This document shows positions 18,003 through 26,764 of a stretch of DNA of 64,000 nucleotides, one piece after another. Each line of letters starts with the position of its first letter. The first letter of the stretch is position 1. Source of the stretch: Terrimicrobiaceae bacterium (GTDB taxonomy: Bacteria > Verrucomicrobiota > Verrucomicrobiia > Chthoniobacterales > Terrimicrobiaceae); assembly GCA_044375555.1 (NCBI GenBank), contig JBILML010000011.1, positions 6,345-70,344 on the forward strand. The letters are read 5' to 3'. The notes beneath the pieces are model-generated. The model searched no databases. It was not told where the DNA came from and saw nothing but the letters and a program-made list of their open reading frames with translations. The position numbers were made by a program, and so were the translations under genes.

Positions 18003-18325
18003 GGATTGGGATGTTGGATGTTGGGTTCATTCAGAATTCCCAAGCAGGGTGCGGCGGAGCAGGTCGGCGATGAGGGGATTGCGGCGGCGGAATTTTCATA
18101 GGACAGGATCATCGAAGTTTTTGGGCCTCAATTCAGTCCAAGGCTGGGCGTTCGGAACCGGTAGTGGCATCTCCGAGGAAATCGTCAGGCGACGACAGTA
18201 TTTGACGGAAATTCTCCACGCAACATTCGCGGTCGGATTTTGATTGCCGCATGAAATTGCTGGAGGACGCAGGTGCCGATGGCCCCTCGATTGATGAGGG
18301 AATTTGTGATCATTTCGGCGGTTCG

Positions 18326-18358
18326 CTCCCAAACGGCAGAGGACTTCCGTTGCTACAA
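18326..18358 (-). repeat. REP-like unit, family A (inverted copy)
   Basis: ctcccaaacggcagaggacttccgttgctacaa is the reverse complement of 14009-14041 with 1-2 mismatches. Confidence 0.8.
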
Positions 18359-18468
18359 TGGATTTTCTCCGTGGCTCCGTGCCTCCGTGAGAGTCCTTGT
18401 TTTTCAAAACGGCCGAGACGGCCGTTCTGCCCTCTTTGCGGCTTTGCGTGAGGAATTGGGTTCGGGGA

Positions 18469-18520
18469 AACGGCGCGTTCGCGCCTGAAACTTGGGTCCG
18501 CTCGGCGAGCCGCACCTACC
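18469..18520 (-). repeat. REP-like unit, family B (inverted copy)
   Basis: aacggcgcgttcgcgcctgaaacttgggtccgctcggcgagccgcacctacc is the reverse complement of 14066-14117 with 2 mismatches. Confidence 0.8.
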
Positions 18521-18559
18521 ATTTTTTCGATTCGCGTCGATTCGCTTCATTCGCGGCAA

Positions 18560-18610
18560 CAGCCATCGAAAGTCGTTCCGACTTCCGCTACCAAGGCGTC
18601 GGTGGGATCT
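18560..18610 (+). repeat. REP-like unit, family D (second direct copy)
   Basis: See 16234-16284. Confidence 0.8.
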
Positions 18611-18624
18611 GAATTCCGGGCTTT

Positions 18625-19365
18625 TTAGGGGGCTGGCGCGGGGAGGATTTGGGTGAGGCGGGGTTTCAGGGCCTGCATCCAAAGGGCGTTTCCTTTGTCG
18701 CTGGGGTGGAGTTTGTCGGGCATAATCTCCGGCGGAACCTGGCCGTTGGCGTCGAGGAAGGCTTCGTTGAGGTCGAAGTGGAAGATGGTTTTTCCATCGG
18801 CCAATGAGGGGAGGATGGCGTTGATTTTTTGGTTGATGGGATGGGCGGCGTCGCCGCGGGGGAAGATGGAAAGCAGGGCGATTTTGGCGTTCGGCATTTT
18901 GGCGCGGAGATCTCCGAGGATCATGCCGATGCCTTTGGCGGTGATCTCCGGGGGATCCGCACGATGGCCGGAATTGTTGGTGCCGATCATGACGACGATC
19001 ACTTTCGGGGAGAGGCCGTCGATTTCGCCATGGCGGAGGCGCCAGAGGACATTCTCGGTCTTATCGGCGTTGTAGCCGAGGTTCAGCACGGTCATGCCGG
19101 GGAATGTCTCGGCCACGACCTTCGCGGATGCGGGGCGTTCGAGGCCCTGGGTGATCGAGTCACCGAGGAAGACAAGGTCGATCTCCCTGCCTTTTTCAGC
19201 GACCTCCCGGAGCTTGGCCTCGTGGCGGGCACCCCACCAGTCGGTCTGTCTCACAGGTGCGAAAGCCAAGTGGGGTTGCAACTCCTGGGCGGCTTGGGTT
19301 TGCCAAAAAGGAACGGATAGGATCGCGGCCAAGGCCGCCCGGCGGAGTATCGGATTTTTTATCAC
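18625..19365 (-). CDS. SGNH/GDSL hydrolase (esterase), exported
   Basis: A signal peptide is present. Block I is DLVFLGDSITQG, block III is MIGTNNSG, and a C-terminal D..H region follows (DKLHPSDKG). The gene overlaps the SSS transporter stop by 4 bp. Confidence 0.8.
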   Translation of the reverse strand: MIKNPILRRAALAAILSVPFWQTQAAQELQPHLAFAPVRQTDWWGARHEAKLREVAEKGREIDLVFLGDSITQGLERPASAKVVAETFPGMTVLNLGYNADKTENVLWRLRHGEIDGLSPKVIVVMIGTNNSGHRADPPEITAKGIGMILGDLRAKMPNAKIALLSIFPRGDAAHPINQKINAILPSLADGKTIFHFDLNEAFLDANGQVPPEIMPDKLHPSDKGNALWMQALKPRLTQILPAPAP

Positions 19366-21338
19366 CAGAAGGCCAAATAGAGCACGCCAGTGAGAATGAT
19401 CACTCCCACGCCGGCGATGGCGGCGAAGCGGGAGGGTTCGAGGCTGATGGCGCTGTTGACCGGGAGTTTTACGGGTTCGCGGAGCGGGGTGAGGAGTGTG
19501 GCGATGCCGGAGGCGAGAAGCACGAGCAGGAAGCAGATCGCCATGCGGTCGAGGAACGAGATCGTCGGCGCGAACCAGAGTCCGGCGGAGACGATGGCGT
19601 CACTACCTCCCCATTTGAGGACGCCGTAGGCGACGACATTGAGAAGGATGCCCAGGGTGCCGACATAGCGCGGGGCGCGTGGGACGAAGAATCCGATGAG
19701 GAAGATGGCGAGGATGCCGGGCGAGACGAAGCCTTGGAATTCCTGGATGATCTTGAAGATGCCGCCGAGTTTCGGGTTGTCGAAATGCGGGGCGACGAGG
19801 ATGGCGACGAGGACGAAAAGGACGACGAAGACGCGGCCGGCTTTCACGAGTTTCACCTCGTCGGTGATCTTGGTGGCTTTCGCGTAGAGGTCCATCGTGG
19901 CGATGGTCGAGGCGGAATTCAGCATCGAGGCGAGCGAGCTGACGACGGCGCCGAAGAGGGCCGCGAGGACGAACCACGAGAGATACCAATGGTCGCGCAG
20001 GAGGTTGCGAACGAGCACGGGGAAGGCGGCGTCGTAGTCGTAGCCGACGAGGTGGGGGCCTTCGGTAAGGGTTTTATTGGCGGCCAGGGCCGTGGCGGAT
20101 AGCTCGTTGATTTTGTTGGCCATGGCGATGGGTTCCGCCAAGGGGGCCGCAGCCACGCCGGCGAGGGCGGCGTTTTTCTGCAGGGCCTTGAGGGCGAGGT
20201 CGGGCTGCTTGCTCACGACGGCGTCATCCACTACGATGGTCTCGGTGGGTTTGGAGGACTCAAGAGCGGAGATGTTTTTCTGAGCGGCGGATTGGTGGAG
20301 GTCGCCTGAGAAAAGGTTGAATGCGAGGATGCCGGGGATCACGACCACGAAGGGGATGATGAGTTTAAGGAACGCCGCGAAGACGATGCCGAGTTGGCCT
20401 TCGGCGAGGGATTTCGATCCGAGCGTGCGCTGGACGATGTATTGATTCAGGCCCCAGTAGAAAAAGTTCGGAATCCAGAGGCCGAGGAGGAGGGCCGACC
20501 AGGGGATGTCGGTGTCCTCGAGCGGGCGGACCATGTGGAGCTTGCCGCCTGAGCCGTTCGGGCCGTTTTGGACGACGGCTTCGCCGTTGCGGCCGTCATT
20601 GAGGAGGATGAGTCGGTCGAGGGCGTTGGCGTTTTGGAGATCCTCGACGGTGGCTTGGGAGTTGGCGACTTTGGTGGCGATGAGGGTTTCGGCGGGGGTT
20701 TCGCGGAGGGTGTCCATAGCGAGCCACATGACGACTGCGCCGCCGGCGATGAGGCCGGCGCCCCAGATGAGGTCGGTCCACGCGCAGGCTTTGAGGCCGC
20801 CGGCGAAAACATAGGCGGCCGAGAGGATGCCGATGAGCCAGCAACCGGCGACGAGATCACCGAGGATCGGGGTGCCTGCGTAGTAGCCGGAGATGAATTT
20901 CGCGCCGCTGAAAATGACCGAGGCGGTCGGCACAACGACGAGGACGAAAATCGTGAGCAGGGCCATGACGAGGCGGGCCGAGAGACCGAAGCGGTATTCG
21001 AGAAATTCCGGGATCGTGTAGATGCCGGTGCGGAGGAAGCGCGGGAGGAAGAAAAAGGCGACTAAAACGAGAGTCACGGCGGCCATCCATTCGTAGGAGG
21101 CGACGGCCATTCCGAGCCAGTTGGCAGCGGACCCGGACATTCCGACGAATTGCTCGGTCGAGATGTTCGCAGCGATGAGGGAAAAGCCGACGAGCCACCA
21201 GGTGAGTCCGCGGCCGGCGAGGAAGTAGCCGCTCGTGCCGGCGTCTTGGCCAGATTCATCGCGGGCTTTCCAGATGCCGAAGGCGATTACGCCGACAACG
21301 GCGATGGTGAAGAGTGAGAGTTCGAGTAGAATATTCAT
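19362..21338 (-). CDS. Sodium:solute symporter (SSS/SGLT family)
   Basis: The protein is 658 aa and polytopic. YFLAGRGLTWWLVGFSLIAANISTEQFVGMSG is the canonical SSS N-terminal block. Confidence 0.9.
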   Translation of the reverse strand: MNILLELSLFTIAVVGVIAFGIWKARDESGQDAGTSGYFLAGRGLTWWLVGFSLIAANISTEQFVGMSGSAANWLGMAVASYEWMAAVTLVLVAFFFLPRFLRTGIYTIPEFLEYRFGLSARLVMALLTIFVLVVVPTASVIFSGAKFISGYYAGTPILGDLVAGCWLIGILSAAYVFAGGLKACAWTDLIWGAGLIAGGAVVMWLAMDTLRETPAETLIATKVANSQATVEDLQNANALDRLILLNDGRNGEAVVQNGPNGSGGKLHMVRPLEDTDIPWSALLLGLWIPNFFYWGLNQYIVQRTLGSKSLAEGQLGIVFAAFLKLIIPFVVVIPGILAFNLFSGDLHQSAAQKNISALESSKPTETIVVDDAVVSKQPDLALKALQKNAALAGVAAAPLAEPIAMANKINELSATALAANKTLTEGPHLVGYDYDAAFPVLVRNLLRDHWYLSWFVLAALFGAVVSSLASMLNSASTIATMDLYAKATKITDEVKLVKAGRVFVVLFVLVAILVAPHFDNPKLGGIFKIIQEFQGFVSPGILAIFLIGFFVPRAPRYVGTLGILLNVVAYGVLKWGGSDAIVSAGLWFAPTISFLDRMAICFLLVLLASGIATLLTPLREPVKLPVNSAISLEPSRFAAIAGVGVIILTGVLYLAFW

Positions 21339-21396
21339 GGAAATGAGGGTGGAGATGAAGGGCCGTGACTACAGCAAAAGCGATTCGCCGTCAGTT

Positions 21397-21447
21397 GAAA
21401 AAAACGACCTGCCCCGACCTCCTAAAAGGGAGGCCGGGTTGGTTGCT
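21397..21447 (-). terminator. Intrinsic terminator (minus strand) between the GH36 remnant and the SSS gene
   Basis: On the minus strand, ccggccucc-cuuuua-ggaggucgg forms a 9-bp stem with one GU pair. Flanking acc/ggu pairing extends it, and U7 follows (plus-strand A-run at 21398-21404). Confidence 0.5.
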
Positions 21448-21452
21448 CCGGA

Positions 21453-21622
21453 GGGAACTTTTTTTACTTTGCGGCTTTGGGTTTCGCGGCGCCGATCGAG
21501 AGACGGATCGACTGGGGCTTGCCCCACTGGCGGCCTTTGAGGTCCACGCGCCAGAGGTTTTCACCGAGGGACTCAACGGCGGTGACTTCGCAATTTTCGG
21601 CGCCCTCTGCGGCGAGGGGCTT
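21453..21622 (+). repeat. 170-bp direct repeat R1 (left boundary of the glycan island)
   Basis: It aligns base for base with 39279-39448 at a constant offset of 17826. I count 2 mismatches (21563 a/c, 21614 g/a). Confidence 0.9.
21464..21622 (-). pseudogene. Orphan 3'-terminal fragment (last 53 codons) of a GH36-like glycosidase gene
   Basis: It encodes KPLAAEGAENCEVTAVESLGENLWRVDLKGRQWGKPQSIRLSIGAAKPKAAK*. This is identical to the C-terminus of the intact gene at 39290-41656. Upstream of 21622 the homology stops, and the remaining reading frame (MDRESESIQ...) has no GH36 similarity. Confidence 0.8.
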
Positions 21623-21783
21623 GGTGCCACAACATCCGGTAAATCGAATGGATATTGATTTTCGAAATCTCTTGGAATGCGAAGGGCAAAAACTTTGGCT
21701 CAGTAACCGGATTGTTTCCTTTTGGATGGATTCGCTTTCGCGATCCAATCTGGCAGGTTCCAGTATTAAGGAGTTTCGGATAC

Positions 21784-21793
21784 TTTACATAAA
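21784..21793. promoter_or_regulatory. Candidate operator/promoter motif TTTACATAAA (site 1), upstream of the GH31 gene
   Basis: One of four copies of TTTAC(A/G)TAAA inside the island, all in front of transcription units. It lies about 280 bp upstream of the ATG at 22072. Confidence 0.3.
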
Positions 21794-22071
21794 CTTGCCC
21801 CCGTATTTCCGAAAAGGGTCCACGCATTGATGCTTTGCTGATGAATCCGCTCGCGGGGCAATTTTCGATCGCCCGCTCAAACTTATTCGGCAATCTTCCA
21901 CGCCGCAGCGTGGCAGGACCGGCCAGGTGGATGACAAATTCTCCCCCAAATTTCTCCGTAACCGAGCATCCTTATTTTATTGAATCGAATTCGAACCCTC
22001 CGGGCAGAACGGCTCTGGCTTTTTCTGAATTCTTTTGAATTCCCTAAGTTTGTTTTTTCCTGCGAAAAATC

Positions 22072-24525
22072 ATGACCAAACGCGCACCAGCGGAAAATCC
22101 CTCCACAAAGAATCCCTTTTCAAAACCCGCTCGTAAGGGCAAGAAGCCAAAGCGCGTTGTTTCAGTCCTGTGCACCTCTTTTGGGGTGGAGTTGGGTCTC
22201 TCAGGCGCAGGCAAGGATAGGGTCCGCATCGAGTTTCTGGGTCGGGAGACCGGCCGGATTTCATTTTCCTGCCAGGGGGCTTTTGACGGAACGCGATCGC
22301 ACGCCATCCATCCCGACTTCGATCCCGCACCGGTTCCTTTCGAAATTTCCGAGGATTCCCATCTGATCACCTTGAACTCCTCGCTTTTGCACTTCGTCAT
22401 CAACAAAGAACCCTTTTCCATTGATGCCTTCCGGCCAGATAGAACTCCTGTGGTTCTTGGCTTGCGATCCAGTGAGGAAACCGAGGGCGGATTCCTTACC
22501 CGGCGCTCCCGTGGCCTCGGCGACCGCTTCTTCGGTCTAGGTGAGAAGACCGGCCGATTCAACCGCGATGGGAGAAACTTCACCCTTTGGAACTCCGATG
22601 TTCTCGCGCCTGCGGTGAGCGGGGGTTACTCGGAGGTTCCCAATGAAAACCCTTTGCGGGATCCCACCAGCCTAGTCTTTGATCCCTACTACATCTCGAT
22701 ACCGTTCTTCTACCACATGCCCGTGGGGGGCGATGCGATGTCTGGATTTTTCTTCGACAACCCTCATCGCGCCGAATTCGACTTATCGCAAGCTAACGAG
22801 TTGGCGATCAGGTTCCGCGACGGCTTCCACACGGAATATATTTTTGCGGGCCCGCATATGTCGGACATTATCGCAGCCTACACATCGATCACAGGCCGCG
22901 TCTCCGCGCCCCCGATGTGGGCGCTGGGCCACCACCAGTGCCGCTGGCATGATTACACCCAGAAGGATATCGAGGCTCTCTCGGTAAAAATCCGAACCCA
23001 CAATGTGCCCTGTGATGTCGTCTGGCTGGATATCGACTACATGCGGGGCTACCGGGTCTTCACTTGGGATCCGGAAACTTATCCCGATCCTGCGGCGTTG
23101 ATCCACGCCCTCCGTGAAAAAAAACTCCGCGCCATTACGATCATCGATCCTGGCGTAAAGCATGAACCTGGCTACGAAATCTACGATGATGCACTCGAGA
23201 GAAACCTCCTGTGCCGGAACGAGGATGGTGGCGTCTACATCGGCCAGGTCTGGCCGGGCGACACGGCGTTTCCGGATTTTTCCAAACTGGAAACCCGCGA
23301 ATGGTGGGGCAGGCTGAACGCCGCCCATGTCCGCTCTGGCATAGCAGGAATCTGGAACGACATGAACGAACCCGCCACCGGCGATGTGCCGGAGGATGGA
23401 ATGCTTTTCAATGATGGAACCGAACCGCACGCGTGCCGTCACAACGAATACGCCATCCTGATGGCGATGGGCACGGTGGCTGGCCTACTCGAGGCGATGC
23501 CGGACCGCCGCACCTTCGTGCTATCCCGCGCGGGTTCGGCGGGAATCCAGCGCTATGCGGCGAATTGGTTGGGTGACAACTGCTCGAGATGGGATCACCT
23601 CTGGATGTCGATTCCGATGGCGATGGGCCTAGGGGTTTCGGGACAGCCATTCGTTGGTGCAGACATCGGCGGATTCATGGGCTCCTGCGGGGCCGAACTG
23701 CTCGTCCGTTGGTATCAATACGGCGCCCTTACGCCCTTTTGCCGCAACCACAACACCAAGGGGTCGAGTGACCAATATCCTTGGACCTTCGGAGAGGAGA
23801 ACCTCGATCATTGCCGCGCTGCGCTTCGACTCCGCTACCGCCTGCTGCCCGAAATCTACTCGGCTTTCCTTCGCTCCATGGAAACCGGAGAGCCCATCCA
23901 GCGACCGCTTGTCCATGATTTCCAAAACGACCCCGCCGTTCTTGGGATCGACGACCAATATTTGTTCGGCCGGCATCTTCTCGTGGCACCGGTGTATTTG
24001 GAGGGTTGCACCTCGAGGGAGGTTTATCTACCCGCAGGAACTTGGCACTGCTGGCACACCGGCCAGGTTTTCGAGGGCCTCCGCCTGATCACGGCCCAAA
24101 CCCCTATCGATCGGATACCGGTCTACGCCAAGGGCGGCTCGGTGGTTTCCTGCTGGGTGAATCCTCCGGATTCCACAATGGGTTTCCAACCAGAGGAGAT
24201 CGAGTTGAACATATTCGCGCCTAGCGAGGATGGCGAAACCGTTTCCTTTCTGCAGGAAGATGATGGAAACACTTTCGCCTTCCGTGAAGGGGCTTTTCTC
24301 CGGACAACTTTCACCACCCTTCGCCGAGGAGAGGATTTTCAGCTAGTGGCACAGGTTTCAGGCGATGGATTTTCCGAGTTCTCCAGAACGGAATTCGTGC
24401 TGAAATTCCACGGCTTCTCCGGGGCGGAGATTTTTGTGAATGGCAAAAAAATCCACGGCGACAGCCAGCGGCTTCCTAACGACGGACTGGATTTCAAGAT
24501 TGCCGCCAAGTTTCCCAAGGCTTGA
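22072..24525 (+). CDS. Glycoside hydrolase family 31 (alpha-glucosidase/alpha-xylosidase type)
   Basis: The diagnostic blocks are VVWLDIDYMRGYRVFTWD, GIWNDMNEP (nucleophile Asp region) and RYAANWLGDNCSRWDHL (acid/base region). The protein is 817 aa long. Confidence 0.9.
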   Translation: MTKRAPAENPSTKNPFSKPARKGKKPKRVVSVLCTSFGVELGLSGAGKDRVRIEFLGRETGRISFSCQGAFDGTRSHAIHPDFDPAPVPFEISEDSHLITLNSSLLHFVINKEPFSIDAFRPDRTPVVLGLRSSEETEGGFLTRRSRGLGDRFFGLGEKTGRFNRDGRNFTLWNSDVLAPAVSGGYSEVPNENPLRDPTSLVFDPYYISIPFFYHMPVGGDAMSGFFFDNPHRAEFDLSQANELAIRFRDGFHTEYIFAGPHMSDIIAAYTSITGRVSAPPMWALGHHQCRWHDYTQKDIEALSVKIRTHNVPCDVVWLDIDYMRGYRVFTWDPETYPDPAALIHALREKKLRAITIIDPGVKHEPGYEIYDDALERNLLCRNEDGGVYIGQVWPGDTAFPDFSKLETREWWGRLNAAHVRSGIAGIWNDMNEPATGDVPEDGMLFNDGTEPHACRHNEYAILMAMGTVAGLLEAMPDRRTFVLSRAGSAGIQRYAANWLGDNCSRWDHLWMSIPMAMGLGVSGQPFVGADIGGFMGSCGAELLVRWYQYGALTPFCRNHNTKGSSDQYPWTFGEENLDHCRAALRLRYRLLPEIYSAFLRSMETGEPIQRPLVHDFQNDPAVLGIDDQYLFGRHLLVAPVYLEGCTSREVYLPAGTWHCWHTGQVFEGLRLITAQTPIDRIPVYAKGGSVVSCWVNPPDSTMGFQPEEIELNIFAPSEDGETVSFLQEDDGNTFAFREGAFLRTTFTTLRRGEDFQLVAQVSGDGFSEFSRTEFVLKFHGFSGAEIFVNGKKIHGDSQRLPNDGLDFKIAAKFPKA

Positions 24526-24571
24526 GTTGCCTTATGGTGAAACGGGGCGGAGTCCGAGGGCGATCCCCCCG

Positions 24572-25918
24572 ATGATCGATTGTGGCACCGCCTTGTTCAT
24601 CCCGGGGCAGGCGTTCCAGATCTTGAAAATTCCGCTCACCGCTTCGATCCTACACATAGCATTCACTGGGTTGCTTTTCGCATCCACGCCACTCCCGTCC
24701 CGTGTGGAAATCCGCTCAACAGATTCCGGTGCCTTCCAACTTCTCCGCAATGGCCAACCCTATTTCATCAATGGCGCCGGCGGCACCGGCCATCTGGAGG
24801 ATCTCGTGAAGGCGGGTGGGAACTCCATCCGCACTTGGGGCATCGAGCAACTCGAGTTGCGGGATGGCGGGAAAAACCTGCTCGACCGCGCTTACGAACT
24901 AGGACTCTCGGTTTCCGTCGGGCTATGGGTCCAACACGAACGCCACGGATTCAGCTACGACGACCCCACCACCGTCCAAAAACAGCGCGACGACATCCGC
25001 GCCGCGGTCCGCAAATACAAGGACCACCCGGCCGTCCTTGCCTGGGGACTCGGGAACGAAATGGAAGGGCCCACCTCGGACGGCTCCGATCCGCGTATTT
25101 GGAAGGAACTCGAGCAACTCGCCCTCATCATCAAAGAGGAGGATGCAAACCACCCCGTGATGACGGTCATTGCCTCGGCCACCCCGACAAAGATCAACTG
25201 CATCAAGGAGCATTACCCCTCCATCGACATCCTCGGCGTGAATTCCTATGGGGGAGCAATGAATGTCGGGAATGTGCTGCGGTCCGGGGGCTGGGAAAAA
25301 CCTTTCTCCCTTACCGAATTCGGACCGCATGGCCACTGGGAGGTTGGCAAGACTGCTTGGGGCGCGCCGATAGAGCCTTCCAGCAGCGACAAGGCTGTAA
25401 ACTATCATCTAACGAAGACCAGGGTGGTGGAGGACGGCAAGGGGAAATGCGTGGGCACCTATGTGTTCCTCTGGGGCCAAAAGCAGGAGGTCACCTCAAC
25501 CTGGTATGGGATGTTCCTAAAGACCGGCGAGAAACTTCCTACTGTTGATGCCATGACCATGGCATGGACAGGGAAGTGGCCGAAAAACCGGAGTCCGAAG
25601 TTTCTCAGGTTCGACTCGCAATTGGCGAACGCAGTCGTCCCAAGGGGCAAAGAGTTCCATGTTTCAGCGCTTGTGGAAGACCCAGAGGGAGACGCATTGG
25701 ATTTCCGATGGGAGGTGCGACCCGAAACTAAGGAGGTGAGTATGGGTGGGGACGCCGAATCCGAGCCTCCAGCCGTGAAGGGGTGCCTTATTTCCAGCCG
25801 GGGAGGGAAGGTCGTGATCCGGACGCCATCAAACCCCGGCGCCTATCGGTTGTTTCTTTTCGTTCGTGATGGCAAGGGCGGTGCGAGCGCCGATAATCTA
25901 GCATTCCAAGTTCGGTGA
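24572..25918 (+). CDS. Clan GH-A (TIM-barrel) retaining glycoside hydrolase with a C-terminal Ig-like domain
   Basis: The motifs are GGNSIRTWG, VLAWGLGNEMEG (acid/base Glu) and FSLTEFGPHGHWE (nucleophile Glu). The start is uncertain: the track start at 24440 overlaps GH31 by 86 nt, so I used the ATG at 24572. Confidence 0.7.
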   Translation: MIDCGTALFIPGQAFQILKIPLTASILHIAFTGLLFASTPLPSRVEIRSTDSGAFQLLRNGQPYFINGAGGTGHLEDLVKAGGNSIRTWGIEQLELRDGGKNLLDRAYELGLSVSVGLWVQHERHGFSYDDPTTVQKQRDDIRAAVRKYKDHPAVLAWGLGNEMEGPTSDGSDPRIWKELEQLALIIKEEDANHPVMTVIASATPTKINCIKEHYPSIDILGVNSYGGAMNVGNVLRSGGWEKPFSLTEFGPHGHWEVGKTAWGAPIEPSSSDKAVNYHLTKTRVVEDGKGKCVGTYVFLWGQKQEVTSTWYGMFLKTGEKLPTVDAMTMAWTGKWPKNRSPKFLRFDSQLANAVVPRGKEFHVSALVEDPEGDALDFRWEVRPETKEVSMGGDAESEPPAVKGCLISSRGGKVVIRTPSNPGAYRLFLFVRDGKGGASADNLAFQVR

Positions 25919-25975
25919 CACTGCGGATTTTTTTCGTATTTTCCATGCGGTCCGCGAGGTTGGTCGGGCTGGAAT

Positions 25976-26764
25976 CTACTCGAAATTTTTATGGTTAGAC
26001 ACATCTGCAGACATTTCCTTGCCCTCCTCGGGTGTGATGAGTCTCACACCGCCATCTAAAAACAGCGCAAGGCCGTTTCCTCCACTGGACCCGTAATCGT
26101 AGACCATGCTGTGCCATACAGTTTCATATTTGCCATTAACTGGCGGTTTCGTGGATTGGAAGTAAGGCCCTGTCCCGATATCCGTGCTGGGCGTTCCCGC
26201 GACGATGAGCGGCTCTCGTTTTCCACGAACCATCTCTTGGATCGCTCGAACATCCCCGTCCCCTTCATTGATTCGGGCATCCCACAAAAAGAAAAATTTG
26301 TTGATGGAGTAACTTCCGTGCCCCTCAAGAAAGCCGATTTGGCTCTTCTTGTTTTTGGAGACCTGTAGGGGGCACCACATGACTTTACTGTAGCCGCCTT
26401 TGGTCAGGTTTATGACTTTTTGTTGGTAGTTCTCGCCGAGTGAGCCTTGCTGCGATTCCCAAACGACACGCCGCCAATAGTGGGTGGTTCCGTCCTCGAG
26501 GCCATTGGGATCCTGACCAGCCGGGTAGGAGGCGCGTGGGAGTTTGCCGCTGTGCTCTCCCACGAAGTTCATGACCATCATATGTATTTGCCGAAGGTTT
26601 CCGGTGGATGTGGCCGTTTGCCCGCCCCGTTGCATGCGCCCTACCACCGGAATGGCGATTGCCGCGAGCAGGATGATGATGGCGATGACGACTAGGAGTT
26701 CAATGAGCGTGAATCCCATTGGCTGAGACGGTTTTTTTTCGGGACAGGTGGATGGAGTTTTCAT
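25976..26764 (-). CDS. Prepilin-type N-terminal cleavage/methylation domain protein (type II secretion pseudopilin-like)
   Basis: The leader MKTPSTCPEKKPSQPMG is followed by FTLIELLVVIAIIILLAAIAIPV, the canonical G/FTLIEL processing site. The gene overlaps the upstream esterase stop by 4 bp. Confidence 0.8.
   Translation of the reverse strand: MKTPSTCPEKKPSQPMGFTLIELLVVIAIIILLAAIAIPVVGRMQRGGQTATSTGNLRQIHMMVMNFVGEHSGKLPRASYPAGQDPNGLEDGTTHYWRRVVWESQQGSLGENYQQKVINLTKGGYSKVMWCPLQVSKNKKSQIGFLEGHGSYSINKFFFLWDARINEGDGDVRAIQEMVRGKREPLIVAGTPSTDIGTGPYFQSTKPPVNGKYETVWHSMVYDYGSSGGNGLALFLDGGVRLITPEEGKEMSADVSNHKNFE

Noticed and set aside
17546-18624. Possible frameshifted pseudogene in the 1.08-kb ORF-poor region.
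   Set aside because: None of the six-frame fragments (70-149 aa) shows any recognisable family motif. Much of the region is accounted for by REP-like units.
21464-21748. The 94-aa ORF as an intact small gene.
   Set aside because: Only its last 53 codons are meaningful, being identical to the GH36-like C-terminus. The N-terminal part is an unrelated read-through with no start context. It is called a gene remnant instead.
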